64,000 bases of DNA from Bacteroidales bacterium (lineage in GTDB: Bacteria; Bacteroidota; Bacteroidia; Bacteroidales; VadinHA17): positions 68,517-132,516 of the forward strand of contig DAOOUQ010000005.1 of assembly GCA_035390825.1 (NCBI GenBank), given 5' to 3'. The position numbers were made by a program, and so were the translations under genes. The notes beneath the pieces are model-generated. The model saw nothing but the letters and a program-made list of their open reading frames with translations. It had not been told where the DNA came from and ran no database searches. Positions 54,145 through 63,470 of this stretch are shown one piece after another. The stretch's first letter is position 1. The number at the start of each line of letters is the position of its first letter.

Positions 54145-54342
54145 CCCGCACTGTTTCTTCATTCATTTTTGAAACTCAACACTTAAAACTTTGGAGCTAT
54201 CCTTAGTTCAGGTAGAACAGGCCTCACCCGATTCGTCGGGATTTGCCGAAGGGCGGATCAGTGGACGTTCGAGCTGGAATAGGGGCTCCAGCCATAAAGA
54301 TATGGGGTTTTATAAAAGTTGAAGAGACTTTGCGGGTTTTTT
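54145..54342 (+). ncRNA. ssrS: Candidate structured ncRNA, 6S-RNA-like (boundaries approximate)
   Basis: The 253-nt zapA-rny spacer has long-range end pairing. CCCGCA (54145-50) pairs with TGCGGG (54331-36). GTTTCTTC (54153-60) pairs with GAAGAGAC (54321-28). An interrupted helix joins 54164-77 to 54305-18. A 14/14-nt unpaired central region (54178-91 and 54291-304) follows, then TGGAGC (54192-97) pairs with GCTCCA (54285-90). The distal domain has UUCG-capped (54227-40) and GAAG-capped (54241-58) hairpins, and a T6 tract lies at 54337-42. Confidence 0.45.
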
Positions 54343-54360
54343 ATTTATATAATATTGAAT

Positions 54361-55923
54361 ATGATGATTTTACTTAACGGAACGATAAACGGATTAACTC
54401 TTGTTTTCAGCCTGGCGGCTCTTGTGCTCGGAACCGGCGCTTCTTACCTGATATGGCAGCAGGCTCTTAAGAACAAAAGCCGCAAGATAATCAGCGAAGC
54501 AGAAACTGAAGCAGAAGTAATAAAAAAAGAGAAGATTCTTCAGGCCAAGGAGAAATTCCTTCAGCTGAAAGCTGAACATGAAAAGGTTATTAACGAAAAA
54601 AACAGCAGGATCGCTCTTGCAGAAAGCCGTATCAAACAGCGTGAACTGACTCTTTCCCAGAAAATAGAGGAAGCACAGCGCAGGAAAAATGAAGCCGATT
54701 CAATAAGAGATAACCTTACTGCGCAGATGGAACTTCTTGAAAAGAAAAATGAGGAACTTTCAAAGCTTCACCGCCAGCAGGTCGATCAGCTGGAGGCTAT
54801 TTCCGGCCTTTCGGCCGAAGAGGCAAGGAACCATCTCATCGAATCATTGAAGGAAGAAGCAAAAACCGGAGCAATGTCATACATCAATGAGATTCTCGAT
54901 GAAGCAAAGATGACTGCAAACAAGGAGGCAAAACGGATTGTCCTTCAGACTATACAGAGGGTTGCCGCTGAAAATGCAATTGAAAATGCAGTTACTGTCT
55001 TCCATATTGAATCGGATGAGATGAAAGGCCGGATCATCGGCCGTGAAGGAAGAAACATAAGGGCACTTGAAGCAGCTACAGGCGTTGAAATTATTGTTGA
55101 TGATACACCCGAGGCCATAGTACTTTCTGCTTTCGATCCCATACGTAGGGAGGTTGCGCGCCTTGCCCTGCATCAGCTCGTTACCGACGGCAGGATCCAT
55201 CCGGCCAGAATTGAGGAGATTGTCGAGAAGACAAAAAAGCAGGTGGAGGAGGAGATCCTTGAGGTCGGAAAGAGAACAACAATCGACCTTGGCATTCACG
55301 GCCTGCATCCTGAACTTATACGCCTTGTTGGTAAAATGAAATACAGGTCGTCATACGGGCAAAACCTTCTGATGCATTCAAGAGAGGTTGCAAATCTTGC
55401 TTCAATAATGGCAGCAGAGCTCGGGTTGAATCCAAAACTTGCCAAAAGAGCCGGTCTGCTTCACGACATTGGCAAGGTACCAGATGATGAACCTGAACTT
55501 CCGCATGCAATACTTGGCATGAAAATGGCCGAGAAATACAAGGAAAAGCCTGAAATATGCAACGCAATAGGTTCTCATCATGATGAGACGGAAATGACAA
55601 CTCTGATCGCTCCGATAGTCCAGGTTTGCGATGCAATTTCCGGAGCACGTCCCGGTGCCCGGCGCGAAGTGGTGGAATCATATATAAAGAGGCTGAAGGA
55701 GCTTGAATCACTTGCCCTCCAGTACCCCGGAGTAATGAAAACTTATGCGATTCAGGCGGGAAGGGAACTTAGGGTTATTGTCGGTGCCGAAAAAGTCTCC
55801 GACAGGGAAGCCGAAAATCTGTCGTTCGAAATTGCAAGGAAGATACAAAATGAGATGACATATCCCGGGCAGATCAAAATTACCGTTATACGTGAAACAA
55901 GGGCTGTAAATTATGCCAAATAA
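54361..55923 (+). CDS. rny: Ribonuclease Y
   Basis: The start is taken at [24 protein letters not shown] (N-terminal TM helix). A coiled-coil follows, then a KH domain ([26 protein letters not shown]) and an HD domain (AGLLHDIGK...GSHHD). Confidence 0.9.
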   Translation: MMILLNGTINGLTLVFSLAALVLGTGASYLIWQQALKNKSRKIISEAETEAEVIKKEKILQAKEKFLQLKAEHEKVINEKNSRIALAESRIKQRELTLSQKIEEAQRRKNEADSIRDNLTAQMELLEKKNEELSKLHRQQVDQLEAISGLSAEEARNHLIESLKEEAKTGAMSYINEILDEAKMTANKEAKRIVLQTIQRVAAENAIENAVTVFHIESDEMKGRIIGREGRNIRALEAATGVEIIVDDTPEAIVLSAFDPIRREVARLALHQLVTDGRIHPARIEEIVEKTKKQVEEEILEVGKRTTIDLGIHGLHPELIRLVGKMKYRSSYGQNLLMHSREVANLASIMAAELGLNPKLAKRAGLLHDIGKVPDDEPELPHAILGMKMAEKYKEKPEICNAIGSHHDETEMTTLIAPIVQVCDAISGARPGARREVVESYIKRLKELESLALQYPGVMKTYAIQAGRELRVIVGAEKVSDREAENLSFEIARKIQNEMTYPGQIKITVIRETRAVNYAK

Positions 55924-55961
55924 ACGTGTTTTTGATCGCTAATCTTAACCTTACCCGGTCT

Positions 55962-57122
55962 ATGTCAAAAATAAAGCTCCTGAATATCGTAGGTGCCAGA
56001 CCTCAGATAATAAAGTCTTCAGCTATAAGCCGTGCCATCAGGCTGAATTTTTCCGACCGCATAACAGAGCTGACCCTCCATACCGGTCAGCATTATGACA
56101 AGGAAATGTCGGAAGTCTTTTTTGATGAGCTCGAGATCCATCGACCTGATTTTAACCTTGGCGTGGGATCAGCACATCACGGACGCCAGACTGCAGCCAT
56201 GATAACCGGAATAGAAGAGGTGCTTCTTAAGGAGAAACCAGATGCCGTGCTTCTTTACGGTGATACAAATTCCACCCTTGCCGGCGCAATTGCAGCTTCC
56301 AAGCTTCATTTTCCCCTGGTTCATATCGAGGCGGGCCTGCGTTCATTCAACAAGACAATGCCGGAAGAGATCAACAGGATAATGAGCGATCATTCTTCCA
56401 CTCTGCTCTTTGCCCCAACCAATGCCGCCTTCAAGAATCTTATAAATGAAGGTTTCCGCCCCGAGAACAGTCCGCCATATACCATCGACAATCCAAAGAT
56501 CTATCTTACAGGCGATATCATGTACGACAATTCCCTCTTTTTTGCAGGGCTTGCCGAAAGGAAAAAATCTTCCATACTTGAATCGATGTCGATTGAAAAG
56601 AACAGGTTCGTCCTTGTAACCATACACAGGGATATTAATACCGACGATAAAAGCCGTCTGAGTGCAATTCTTTCTGCATTGAAAAGTCTTGCCGAAGAAA
56701 ATAAGATTCCCTTTGTGATGCCTTTTCATCCACGGACAATAAACTCGCTGAAATCGGGATTGAATAACCTGTTTGAGGAGATGAAACTATCCCCATGGAT
56801 AAGGATCATACCTCCGGTTTCCTATCTCACCATGATTCTTCTTGAAAAAAACTGCAACATGATTATTACAGATTCAGGAGGAGTGCAGAAGGAATCTCAT
56901 TTCTTCAGGAAGCCGTGCATTGTGCTCCGTAAGGAAACCGAATGGATTGAACTCGTTGCAAACGGCACCGTCAAACTTGTCGATGCAAATCCCGCACTGA
57001 TCCGCAGTGAATTTGACGGATTCATGCAGTCGGGACATAATCTTGAGTATCCTGGTTTTTATGGCGACGGCAAAACGGCAGAGTTCATTCTTAAAGAGAT
57101 ACTTCTTTTATTTGAAAGATGA
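55962..57122 (+). CDS. wecB: UDP-N-acetylglucosamine 2-epimerase (non-hydrolysing)
   Basis: The start is taken at MSKIKLLNIVGARPQIIK. Motifs: HTGQHYD, LLYGDTNSTLAGA, HIEAGLRSF, PEEINR, ITDSGGVQKE. Confidence 0.9.
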   Translation: MSKIKLLNIVGARPQIIKSSAISRAIRLNFSDRITELTLHTGQHYDKEMSEVFFDELEIHRPDFNLGVGSAHHGRQTAAMITGIEEVLLKEKPDAVLLYGDTNSTLAGAIAASKLHFPLVHIEAGLRSFNKTMPEEINRIMSDHSSTLLFAPTNAAFKNLINEGFRPENSPPYTIDNPKIYLTGDIMYDNSLFFAGLAERKKSSILESMSIEKNRFVLVTIHRDINTDDKSRLSAILSALKSLAEENKIPFVMPFHPRTINSLKSGLNNLFEEMKLSPWIRIIPPVSYLTMILLEKNCNMIITDSGGVQKESHFFRKPCIVLRKETEWIELVANGTVKLVDANPALIRSEFDGFMQSGHNLEYPGFYGDGKTAEFILKEILLLFER

Positions 57123-57184
57123 TTAAAAGTAATGCACGGGCAACAATCATGTGCATCGGTCGTTTTTTGTAAAATTCTCTTCTC

Positions 57185-58168
57185 ATGAATCGCGTCTTAA
57201 GTGGCTTCCGTATCCTTGTGACCGGAGGTGCAGGCTTTATCGGATCGAATCTGGTCGAATCATTTCTTAACTCTGGTAATTATGTGGTTTGTCTTGATAA
57301 TTTTTCCACGGGAAAGAGAGAGAATATCCGGGAATTTACCAAAAACAGGGATTTCAGACTGATCGAAGGCGACATACGAAATTACCATGACTGTGAAAAA
57401 GCAGTGCAGGGAATTGACTACGTGTTCCATCAGGCGGCCCTTGGTTCAGTCCCAAGATCTATCAGTGATCCAATGACATCTGCCGATGTTAATATAGGAG
57501 GTTTCGTAAAAATGCTTTTTGCATCAAAGGAAGCTCACGTCAGGCGGTTCATTTATGCAGCAAGCTCTTCCACATACGGAGATCATCCCGACCTGCCTAA
57601 GGTAGAGGAGAAAATAGGTAACCCCCTTTCCCCTTATGGAATAACAAAATACGTTGATGAGCTTTTTGCAGCCAATTTTGCTGCGATTTACGGGATTGAA
57701 ACTATCGGGCTGCGTTATTTCAACGTTTTCGGACGCCGGCAGGATCCCCTGGGAGCTTATGCGGCCGTGATTCCATTATTTGTACGGAAGCTGATGCAGC
57801 ATGAAGCTCCTGTTATTAACGGGGATGGCAGTTATTCTCGCGATTTTACATATGTCGATAATGTGGTCCAGGCCAATCATCTTGCCGCTCTTGCATCAAA
57901 TAAATCAGCTGTTGACCAGGTCTATAATATCGCGCACGGGGAAAGGACAACACTCAACGAACTTTTCGACATGATCAGGGAGCTTGTTGGTGAAACTGAT
58001 AAAATGGTGCTTAAAATCAATCCGGTTTACGGGCCTTCCCGGGCAGGCGACATACCTCATTCACTTGCATCAATAAAAAAGGCCGAACGACTGCTCGGAT
58101 ACACTCCATTATTCAATGTCAGGCAGGGAATGGCTGAAGCAGTCAGATGGTACAAAACAAATTTGTAA
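57185..58168 (+). CDS. NAD-dependent nucleotide-sugar epimerase (extended SDR, WbpP/TviC-like)
   Basis: 327 aa. Motifs: VTGGAGFIGSNL, SSSTYG, and YGITKYVDE (YxxxK). Confidence 0.85.
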   Translation: MNRVLSGFRILVTGGAGFIGSNLVESFLNSGNYVVCLDNFSTGKRENIREFTKNRDFRLIEGDIRNYHDCEKAVQGIDYVFHQAALGSVPRSISDPMTSADVNIGGFVKMLFASKEAHVRRFIYAASSSTYGDHPDLPKVEEKIGNPLSPYGITKYVDELFAANFAAIYGIETIGLRYFNVFGRRQDPLGAYAAVIPLFVRKLMQHEAPVINGDGSYSRDFTYVDNVVQANHLAALASNKSAVDQVYNIAHGERTTLNELFDMIRELVGETDKMVLKINPVYGPSRAGDIPHSLASIKKAERLLGYTPLFNVRQGMAEAVRWYKTNL

Positions 58169-58190
58169 CATTTGTTACATTTTTGAACCG

Positions 58191-59054
58191 TCAGATAGTC
58201 TTCATAATCCGTGTGGCAATATTCATTATCAGTGGTTTGTAATCGTTTACGAACTCTCCGGTGGCCCGGTTCCCGATTACTGCACAAAAAGTCAGAGCTT
58301 TATGTCCCAGCAAGCCCGAGAGGCCATATATTGCCGAGCTTTCCATCTCGTAATTACTTATAGTCTTTCCTCTGAATGAGAATTTTGCCAGCTTCTCGTT
58401 TATCTCTCCGTCAAAAGGGTCCAATCGCAGCTTTCGTCCCTGTGGAGCATAGAATCCAGGGGCTGAAACCGTTATTCCTCTTATAAAATCTTCTTTGCTG
58501 AAAAGGTCAAGTAGTTCGCTGCTGGCATTTACGGCATACGGAAACGGCAGGGTATCGGGCCATTCAAGGTAATCGGCCAGTACTGAGGTGAGGATATTGT
58601 CGAGTAGCCAGTCGTAACCTTCATAAAAATGTATAAGGCCGTCAAATCCGATGGCCGTTTCAGCCATAACACACGAACCGGCAGGAACATCAGATCGTAT
58701 GCCTCCCGAAGTCCCCAGCCTTATCAAAGTAAGTGAAACAGTATCATCCCTGACTTCACCTGTCCGGAGATTAATGTTGGCAAGGGCATCCAGCTCGTTG
58801 ATCAGAATATCAATATTGTCGGTTCCAATCCCTGATGAAATAATTGTGAACTCGTTCCCTTCATAGCTGCCGGTTACCGTCCTGAATTCCCTGTTCTCCT
58901 TTCTGACCCTTATGGTTTCGAAGAGAGATGAAAGCATGTCGACCCGGGCAGGATCCCCGACAATTATTATCTTATCGGAAATATCGTCAGGAAGCAGATG
59001 GAGATGGAAAATGCTCCCGTCACTGTTTGTTATCAGTTCAGTTTTCTTTTCCAT
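58191..59054 (-). CDS. Nucleoside phosphorylase (PNP/UDP family 1)
   Basis: The start is taken at MEKKTELI (59054), because a -7 box lies inside the longer ORF. Motifs: IIVGDPARV, SSGIGTDNIDILINEL, RLGTSGGI, YEMESSAIYG. Confidence 0.7.
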   Translation of the reverse strand: MEKKTELITNSDGSIFHLHLLPDDISDKIIIVGDPARVDMLSSLFETIRVRKENREFRTVTGSYEGNEFTIISSGIGTDNIDILINELDALANINLRTGEVRDDTVSLTLIRLGTSGGIRSDVPAGSCVMAETAIGFDGLIHFYEGYDWLLDNILTSVLADYLEWPDTLPFPYAVNASSELLDLFSKEDFIRGITVSAPGFYAPQGRKLRLDPFDGEINEKLAKFSFRGKTISNYEMESSAIYGLSGLLGHKALTFCAVIGNRATGEFVNDYKPLIMNIATRIMKTI

Positions 59055-59070
59055 GATAAATAATGAAATA

Positions 59071-59078
59071 CAAATATA
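59071..59078 (-). promoter_or_regulatory. -7 promoter box TATATTTG for the nucleoside phosphorylase gene
   Basis: Exact TAnnTTTG on the minus strand, 16 nt upstream of the ATG at 59054. Confidence 0.45.
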
Positions 59079-59098
59079 GGCAATTGGCACATCGGATG

Positions 59099-60421
59099 CT
59101 ACTGAAGATACTCCATTATCCTGCCGGAAATCATCATCAGGGATATTTCGGCAAGCTTGGCCTGGTATTCTACCGAGAACAGACTTTCACGAGCATCAAG
59201 GAGGCTCTTCTGAACCTCTCTGAGATCAAGTCCCGAAAGGCTGCCCAGCTTGTACATGTCTATCGCAATTTCGAGGTTTTCCGTTGCTGTCTGAAGGTTC
59301 TGGTTCTCGAGAGTGATAAGCCTCAGATAATTACTGTAGGCGCTGTAAAGAGTTATAAGATCAGCCCTGACTCCCTGTTCAATTTCCTTTAATCTCAGAT
59401 CTTTATTATTGATATCGATAGCAGCATTTCTGATACTCCTTCTTTGATTAAATCCGTCGAAAAGGTTCATCCCTAATGTCAATCCGTAATTTAATCCTTT
59501 GGTATGCTGCCTGTCGGTCTGGCTTGATGAATAGGTGTTCAGGGAATATGTGTATCCTGTTGACGCGTTAAGATATGGATAGCTGCGTGAAGCGATTATC
59601 CTGTAATCATATTCCGATATTGTTTTGTTTTTGGATGCTATCTGAATGCTTGTGTTTTTTGCAAGGGTTTCCTCAAGGAGCGTTTCATAAAGCAGGTCAG
59701 GCTTTACCACGACAGAAGTATCGGAGGCCAGAAATTTCTGGCTCAGATCTTCCACGGCCATCAGTTCATTGAGCCTTATCTCGGCCGACCTTACTACTTC
59801 GAGCTGCCTGGAAAGCCTTGAACTGTCGGCATTCAGATATACACGTGACTGCAACACCTGAAGCTTGGAGCTGGATCCGAGAAGATACCTGTCTTCATCG
59901 ATTCTGAGGCGCTCTTTCGAGAGAGCAACTGCATATTCGAGGTTGTTGCGGAGTTCTGTCTGCTGAATGTAATTATAATACGCCGAAATAATTTCAGCTA
60001 CAAGGTTTTCTATCGACAGCTGTGTATTAAGCTCCCCAACCTGTTTGAGCTCATTCAGCTTTTTATAGGAGGTCACAACATTAAAACCATTAAAAATAGT
60101 CATGTTTGCCGTGAGGCCTGCTGTTGTTACTGTATTGTTTTCTCCGTTTGAAGTTGTTTCGGTTCCGTCAGTCATCTCGCGCCTGATATCGTTCAAAGTA
60201 CCGCTGTACTTGCTTGAGAGGTCGAGCGACGGCAGGAAACCGGCGTTTCCTAACGTGTAATTGTTTTTAGCAATGGCCTCATTGTTCCTGGTTATAAGAA
60301 GGGAAAAGTTGCGCTCAAGACCGGTTTTGATACAATCATCAAGATTATAAACCTTTTGAGCCCTGACAGATAAGCTTAAACAAGTTATTAAAATGCTAAA
60401 CAGCAGAAGCTTTGTTTTCAT
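59099..60421 (-). CDS. TolC-family outer-membrane efflux channel
   Basis: The start is taken at MKTKLLLFSILITCLSLSVRAQ. The protein shows a duplicated alpha-helical / beta-barrel repeat profile. It is the last gene of the MFP-RND-OMF operon and overlaps the RND stop. Confidence 0.8.
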   Translation of the reverse strand: MKTKLLLFSILITCLSLSVRAQKVYNLDDCIKTGLERNFSLLITRNNEAIAKNNYTLGNAGFLPSLDLSSKYSGTLNDIRREMTDGTETTSNGENNTVTTAGLTANMTIFNGFNVVTSYKKLNELKQVGELNTQLSIENLVAEIISAYYNYIQQTELRNNLEYAVALSKERLRIDEDRYLLGSSSKLQVLQSRVYLNADSSRLSRQLEVVRSAEIRLNELMAVEDLSQKFLASDTSVVVKPDLLYETLLEETLAKNTSIQIASKNKTISEYDYRIIASRSYPYLNASTGYTYSLNTYSSSQTDRQHTKGLNYGLTLGMNLFDGFNQRRSIRNAAIDINNKDLRLKEIEQGVRADLITLYSAYSNYLRLITLENQNLQTATENLEIAIDMYKLGSLSGLDLREVQKSLLDARESLFSVEYQAKLAEISLMMISGRIMEYLQ

Positions 60422-63400
60422 CAGTTTTCGTTTTAGATTCACTTGAGATATATGTATAGATTGCCGGAACTACAAACAGGGTAAGGAAGGTTGAGAACAA
60501 CATTCCACCCACCACAGTGATACCCATTGCAACACGGCTCTGAGCCCCTTCTCCGAAACCCAGGGCAAGAGGAGCAATACCCAGTATTGTGGCCAGACTT
60601 GTCATCAGGATGGGACGGAACCTTGATGCAGCAGCATGTTTAATTGCTTCAAATTTGGATAAGCCGGCGGCTTTTCTCTGGTTGGCAAACTCGACAATCA
60701 GGATCCCGTTCTTCGAAACCAGTCCGATAAGCATTATCAGTCCGATCTGGCTGAAAATATTCATTGTTACACCGAAATACCACATGAATATCAGAGCTCC
60801 TGTCAAAGCAAGGGGAACAGTCATCATAACAATCAAAGGATCCTTGAAGCTCTCGAACTGGGCGGCCAGTACAAGGAATATCAGAATAAGAGCCAAAGTG
60901 AAGGCGAACATGAGACTCGAAGAACTTTCCATGAAGTCCTTTGAATCGCCGGCAAGTGCAGTCCTGAACGAATCATCAAGGGTTTCCTTGGCAATTCTGT
61001 CCATTTCTTCAATTCCTTCACTTATCGTTTTTCCTTTTGCCAAACCTGCAGATATTGTTGCCGCAACAAACCTGTTGTACCTGTATAGTTGTGGCGGGGC
61101 TGTCTCTTCCGACAGTGTTACAAGATTATCGAACTGGATCATTTTGCCGGTGCTGCTTCTGACATAAAGTGACTTCAGATCGAGCGGCTTGTTGCGGTCT
61201 GCACGTGCAAGTTCTCCAAGTATCTGATATTGCTTTCCGTTCATGAAGAAATATCCGAATCGCTGGCCGCTCAAGGCAAGTTGAAGGGTCTGCCCGATGC
61301 TTTGGGTCGAGACTCCAAGGGTGATTGCCTTATCCCTGTTAATATGGATTCTGAGTTCGGGCTTTGTGAATTTGAGATTGACATCAGCCATCTGCAGAAT
61401 GTCACTTTCATTTACCCTACTCATGAATTCCGGTATCACTTCCCTTAGTTTGTCGATGGATGTTGCCTGAAGAACGTACTGGACAGGCATGCCCATACGT
61501 CTCTGCCCGAAGGTTGATTGCTGCTGGACAAATGCCCTGGCTCGTGTTCTTGTCCGGACAGCAACTGCCAACTGATCGGCAATCTCCTGCTGCGATCTGC
61601 TACGTTCATCTGGTTTGACAAGGTTCACCCTTATATTTGCCATCGAACCACCACGAACCATTGTTGTATAACTAATCCTTTCAGGAACCGTCTTTTCAAC
61701 TATATCAGCAATTTCATCGGCATACGACAGCATGAATTCATATGTGGCACCCTCGGTGGCCGACGTGTTTATTGTAACCTGCGACCTGTCTTCCAGCGGG
61801 GCCATCTCGGCTGGTATCGATACCCACAGCAATACAATGAGGCCGATAGATGCAGCAAGAATGATGAATGCAAACCTGCGGTGTTTCAGAAAGCCTGAAA
61901 GTGCATTCCTGTACCAGTCATTCATTTTCTGAAAGAAATGCTCGGTCTTTCTGTAGAACCATGTATGGCTCGTTTCATGACGAAGAAGCTTTGTTGAGAC
62001 CATCGGTGTCAGTGAAAGGGCCAGGAAGGCCGAAATAGTTACTGTTCCTGCCATAACAATGCCGAACTCCCTGAAGAGACGTCCCGACATACCCTGAAGG
62101 AAAACGATGGGGAAAAAGACCGATACAAGTGTTATTGTTGTCGCAATAATTGCAAAATAAATTTCTTTTGAACCTTGCAGGCCGGCTTCCATCGGTGACA
62201 TCCCCGATTCGACCTTGACATAAATGTTCTCCATCACCACGATGGCATCGTCAACAACAATGCCTATCGCAAGTACTATTGCAAGAAGGGTGAGCACGTT
62301 GATTGAAAATCCCGCGAGATACATTATGAAAAAGGCCCCGACAAGTGAGACGGGTATGACGAGAATAGGTATAATTGTCGCCCTCCAGCTCCTGAGGAAG
62401 AAATAGATGATTATTACTACCAGGGCAAATGCTATATAAATAGTGTCCTTGACTTCATTGATTGATGAACGTATGTATTCAGTATTGTCATAGTTGACAT
62501 CGACCTTTACGTCTTCCGGCAGGTCCTTTCTGATATAGTTAAGCCTCCTGTATATTTCGTCAACTATTTCAATATGATTGGATCCCGGCTGTGGTATGAC
62601 CGCAAGCTGAACCATCGGCACGCCGTTGTTTTTAAGGATCCCTCTTATGTCTTCTGGACCGAGTTCTGCCCTTCCAATATCTTTGAACCGGACAATCTGC
62701 TTGCCGGTCTGTTTGATTATGAGTTCATTGAACTCTTTGGGGGTTGTCATCAGTCCCAGGGTGCGGATAGTAAGCTGAGTGTTTGTTCCTTCTATCGATC
62801 CTGAAGGCAGCTCCACATTCTCCCTTGAAATTGCGCTTCTTACGTCCATCGGAGTGAGACCGTAGCCGGCCAGTTTTGAAGGATCGATCCAGAGCCTCAT
62901 TGAGTAACGTTTCTCTCCGAAAATGTTGATGGCGCTTACTCCTGAAACGGTCTGTAACTGTTCTTTAAGGGTCAGATCGGCGATCTCTGAAAGTTCGAGC
63001 AACGACCTTTTTGTACTTTCAACGGTAAGGAAAAGGATAGGGTTGGCGTCGGCATCTGCCTTGGTAACTGTCGGAGGGTCGCAATCCTGAGGCAGTCTTC
63101 GTTGCGCCTGTGAAACTTTGTCCCTTACATCATTTGCCGCTGTTTCCAGATCGACCGAGAGTTCGAATTCAACCGTGATCCTGCTCGATCCCTGGCTGCT
63201 GACGCTTGTAAGGGTACGTACACCGGGTATCCCGTTGATTGACTGCTCAAGAGGTTCGGTGATCTGGGTTTCTATAACATCGGAGTTTGCACCGGGGTAT
63301 GAGGTATTGACTGTTATTATAGCCGGATCGACGCTGGGAAATTCCCTGACACCCAGGAATGTCAATCCGACAATCCCGAACAGCATAATGACAATGGCAA

Positions 63401-63449
63401 ATACCGTTGCCAGTACCGGGCGATTTATACTTGTTGATGAAAGGCTCAT
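60396..63449 (-). CDS. RND efflux transporter permease (AcrB/HAE1 family)
   Basis: 1017 aa with 12 TM helices and two large periplasmic loops. N-terminus SINRPVLATVFAIVIMLFG. Also present: GIVVDDAIVVMENI and LVSKNGILIVEFA. Confidence 0.95.
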   Translation of the reverse strand: MSLSSTSINRPVLATVFAIVIMLFGIVGLTFLGVREFPSVDPAIITVNTSYPGANSDVIETQITEPLEQSINGIPGVRTLTSVSSQGSSRITVEFELSVDLETAANDVRDKVSQAQRRLPQDCDPPTVTKADADANPILFLTVESTKRSLLELSEIADLTLKEQLQTVSGVSAINIFGEKRYSMRLWIDPSKLAGYGLTPMDVRSAISRENVELPSGSIEGTNTQLTIRTLGLMTTPKEFNELIIKQTGKQIVRFKDIGRAELGPEDIRGILKNNGVPMVQLAVIPQPGSNHIEIVDEIYRRLNYIRKDLPEDVKVDVNYDNTEYIRSSINEVKDTIYIAFALVVIIIYFFLRSWRATIIPILVIPVSLVGAFFIMYLAGFSINVLTLLAIVLAIGIVVDDAIVVMENIYVKVESGMSPMEAGLQGSKEIYFAIIATTITLVSVFFPIVFLQGMSGRLFREFGIVMAGTVTISAFLALSLTPMVSTKLLRHETSHTWFYRKTEHFFQKMNDWYRNALSGFLKHRRFAFIILAASIGLIVLLWVSIPAEMAPLEDRSQVTINTSATEGATYEFMLSYADEIADIVEKTVPERISYTTMVRGGSMANIRVNLVKPDERSRSQQEIADQLAVAVRTRTRARAFVQQQSTFGQRRMGMPVQYVLQATSIDKLREVIPEFMSRVNESDILQMADVNLKFTKPELRIHINRDKAITLGVSTQSIGQTLQLALSGQRFGYFFMNGKQYQILGELARADRNKPLDLKSLYVRSSTGKMIQFDNLVTLSEETAPPQLYRYNRFVAATISAGLAKGKTISEGIEEMDRIAKETLDDSFRTALAGDSKDFMESSSSLMFAFTLALILIFLVLAAQFESFKDPLIVMMTVPLALTGALIFMWYFGVTMNIFSQIGLIMLIGLVSKNGILIVEFANQRKAAGLSKFEAIKHAAASRFRPILMTSLATILGIAPLALGFGEGAQSRVAMGITVVGGMLFSTFLTLFVVPAIYTYISSESKTKTDENKASAV

Positions 63450-63470
63450 AATCTTACTGTTAACTGAAAA

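Noticed and set aside
54190-54300. Possibility that the zapA-rny RNA is an SRP (4.5S) RNA or a glycine riboswitch
   Set aside because: A GNAR-type GAAG loop and a GCCGAAGGGCGG stretch are superficially reminiscent. However, the helix under the tetraloop is about 8 bp instead of the conserved 3 bp, and the AGCA/GGA symmetric-loop residues of SRP RNA are absent. The glycine-riboswitch GGAGAG and CUCUCAGG cores are missing too, and a glycine switch before rny has no rationale.
60589-61167. 192-aa ORF antisense to the RND permease
   Set aside because: It is embedded in a strongly conserved AcrB-family gene and has no independent signals.
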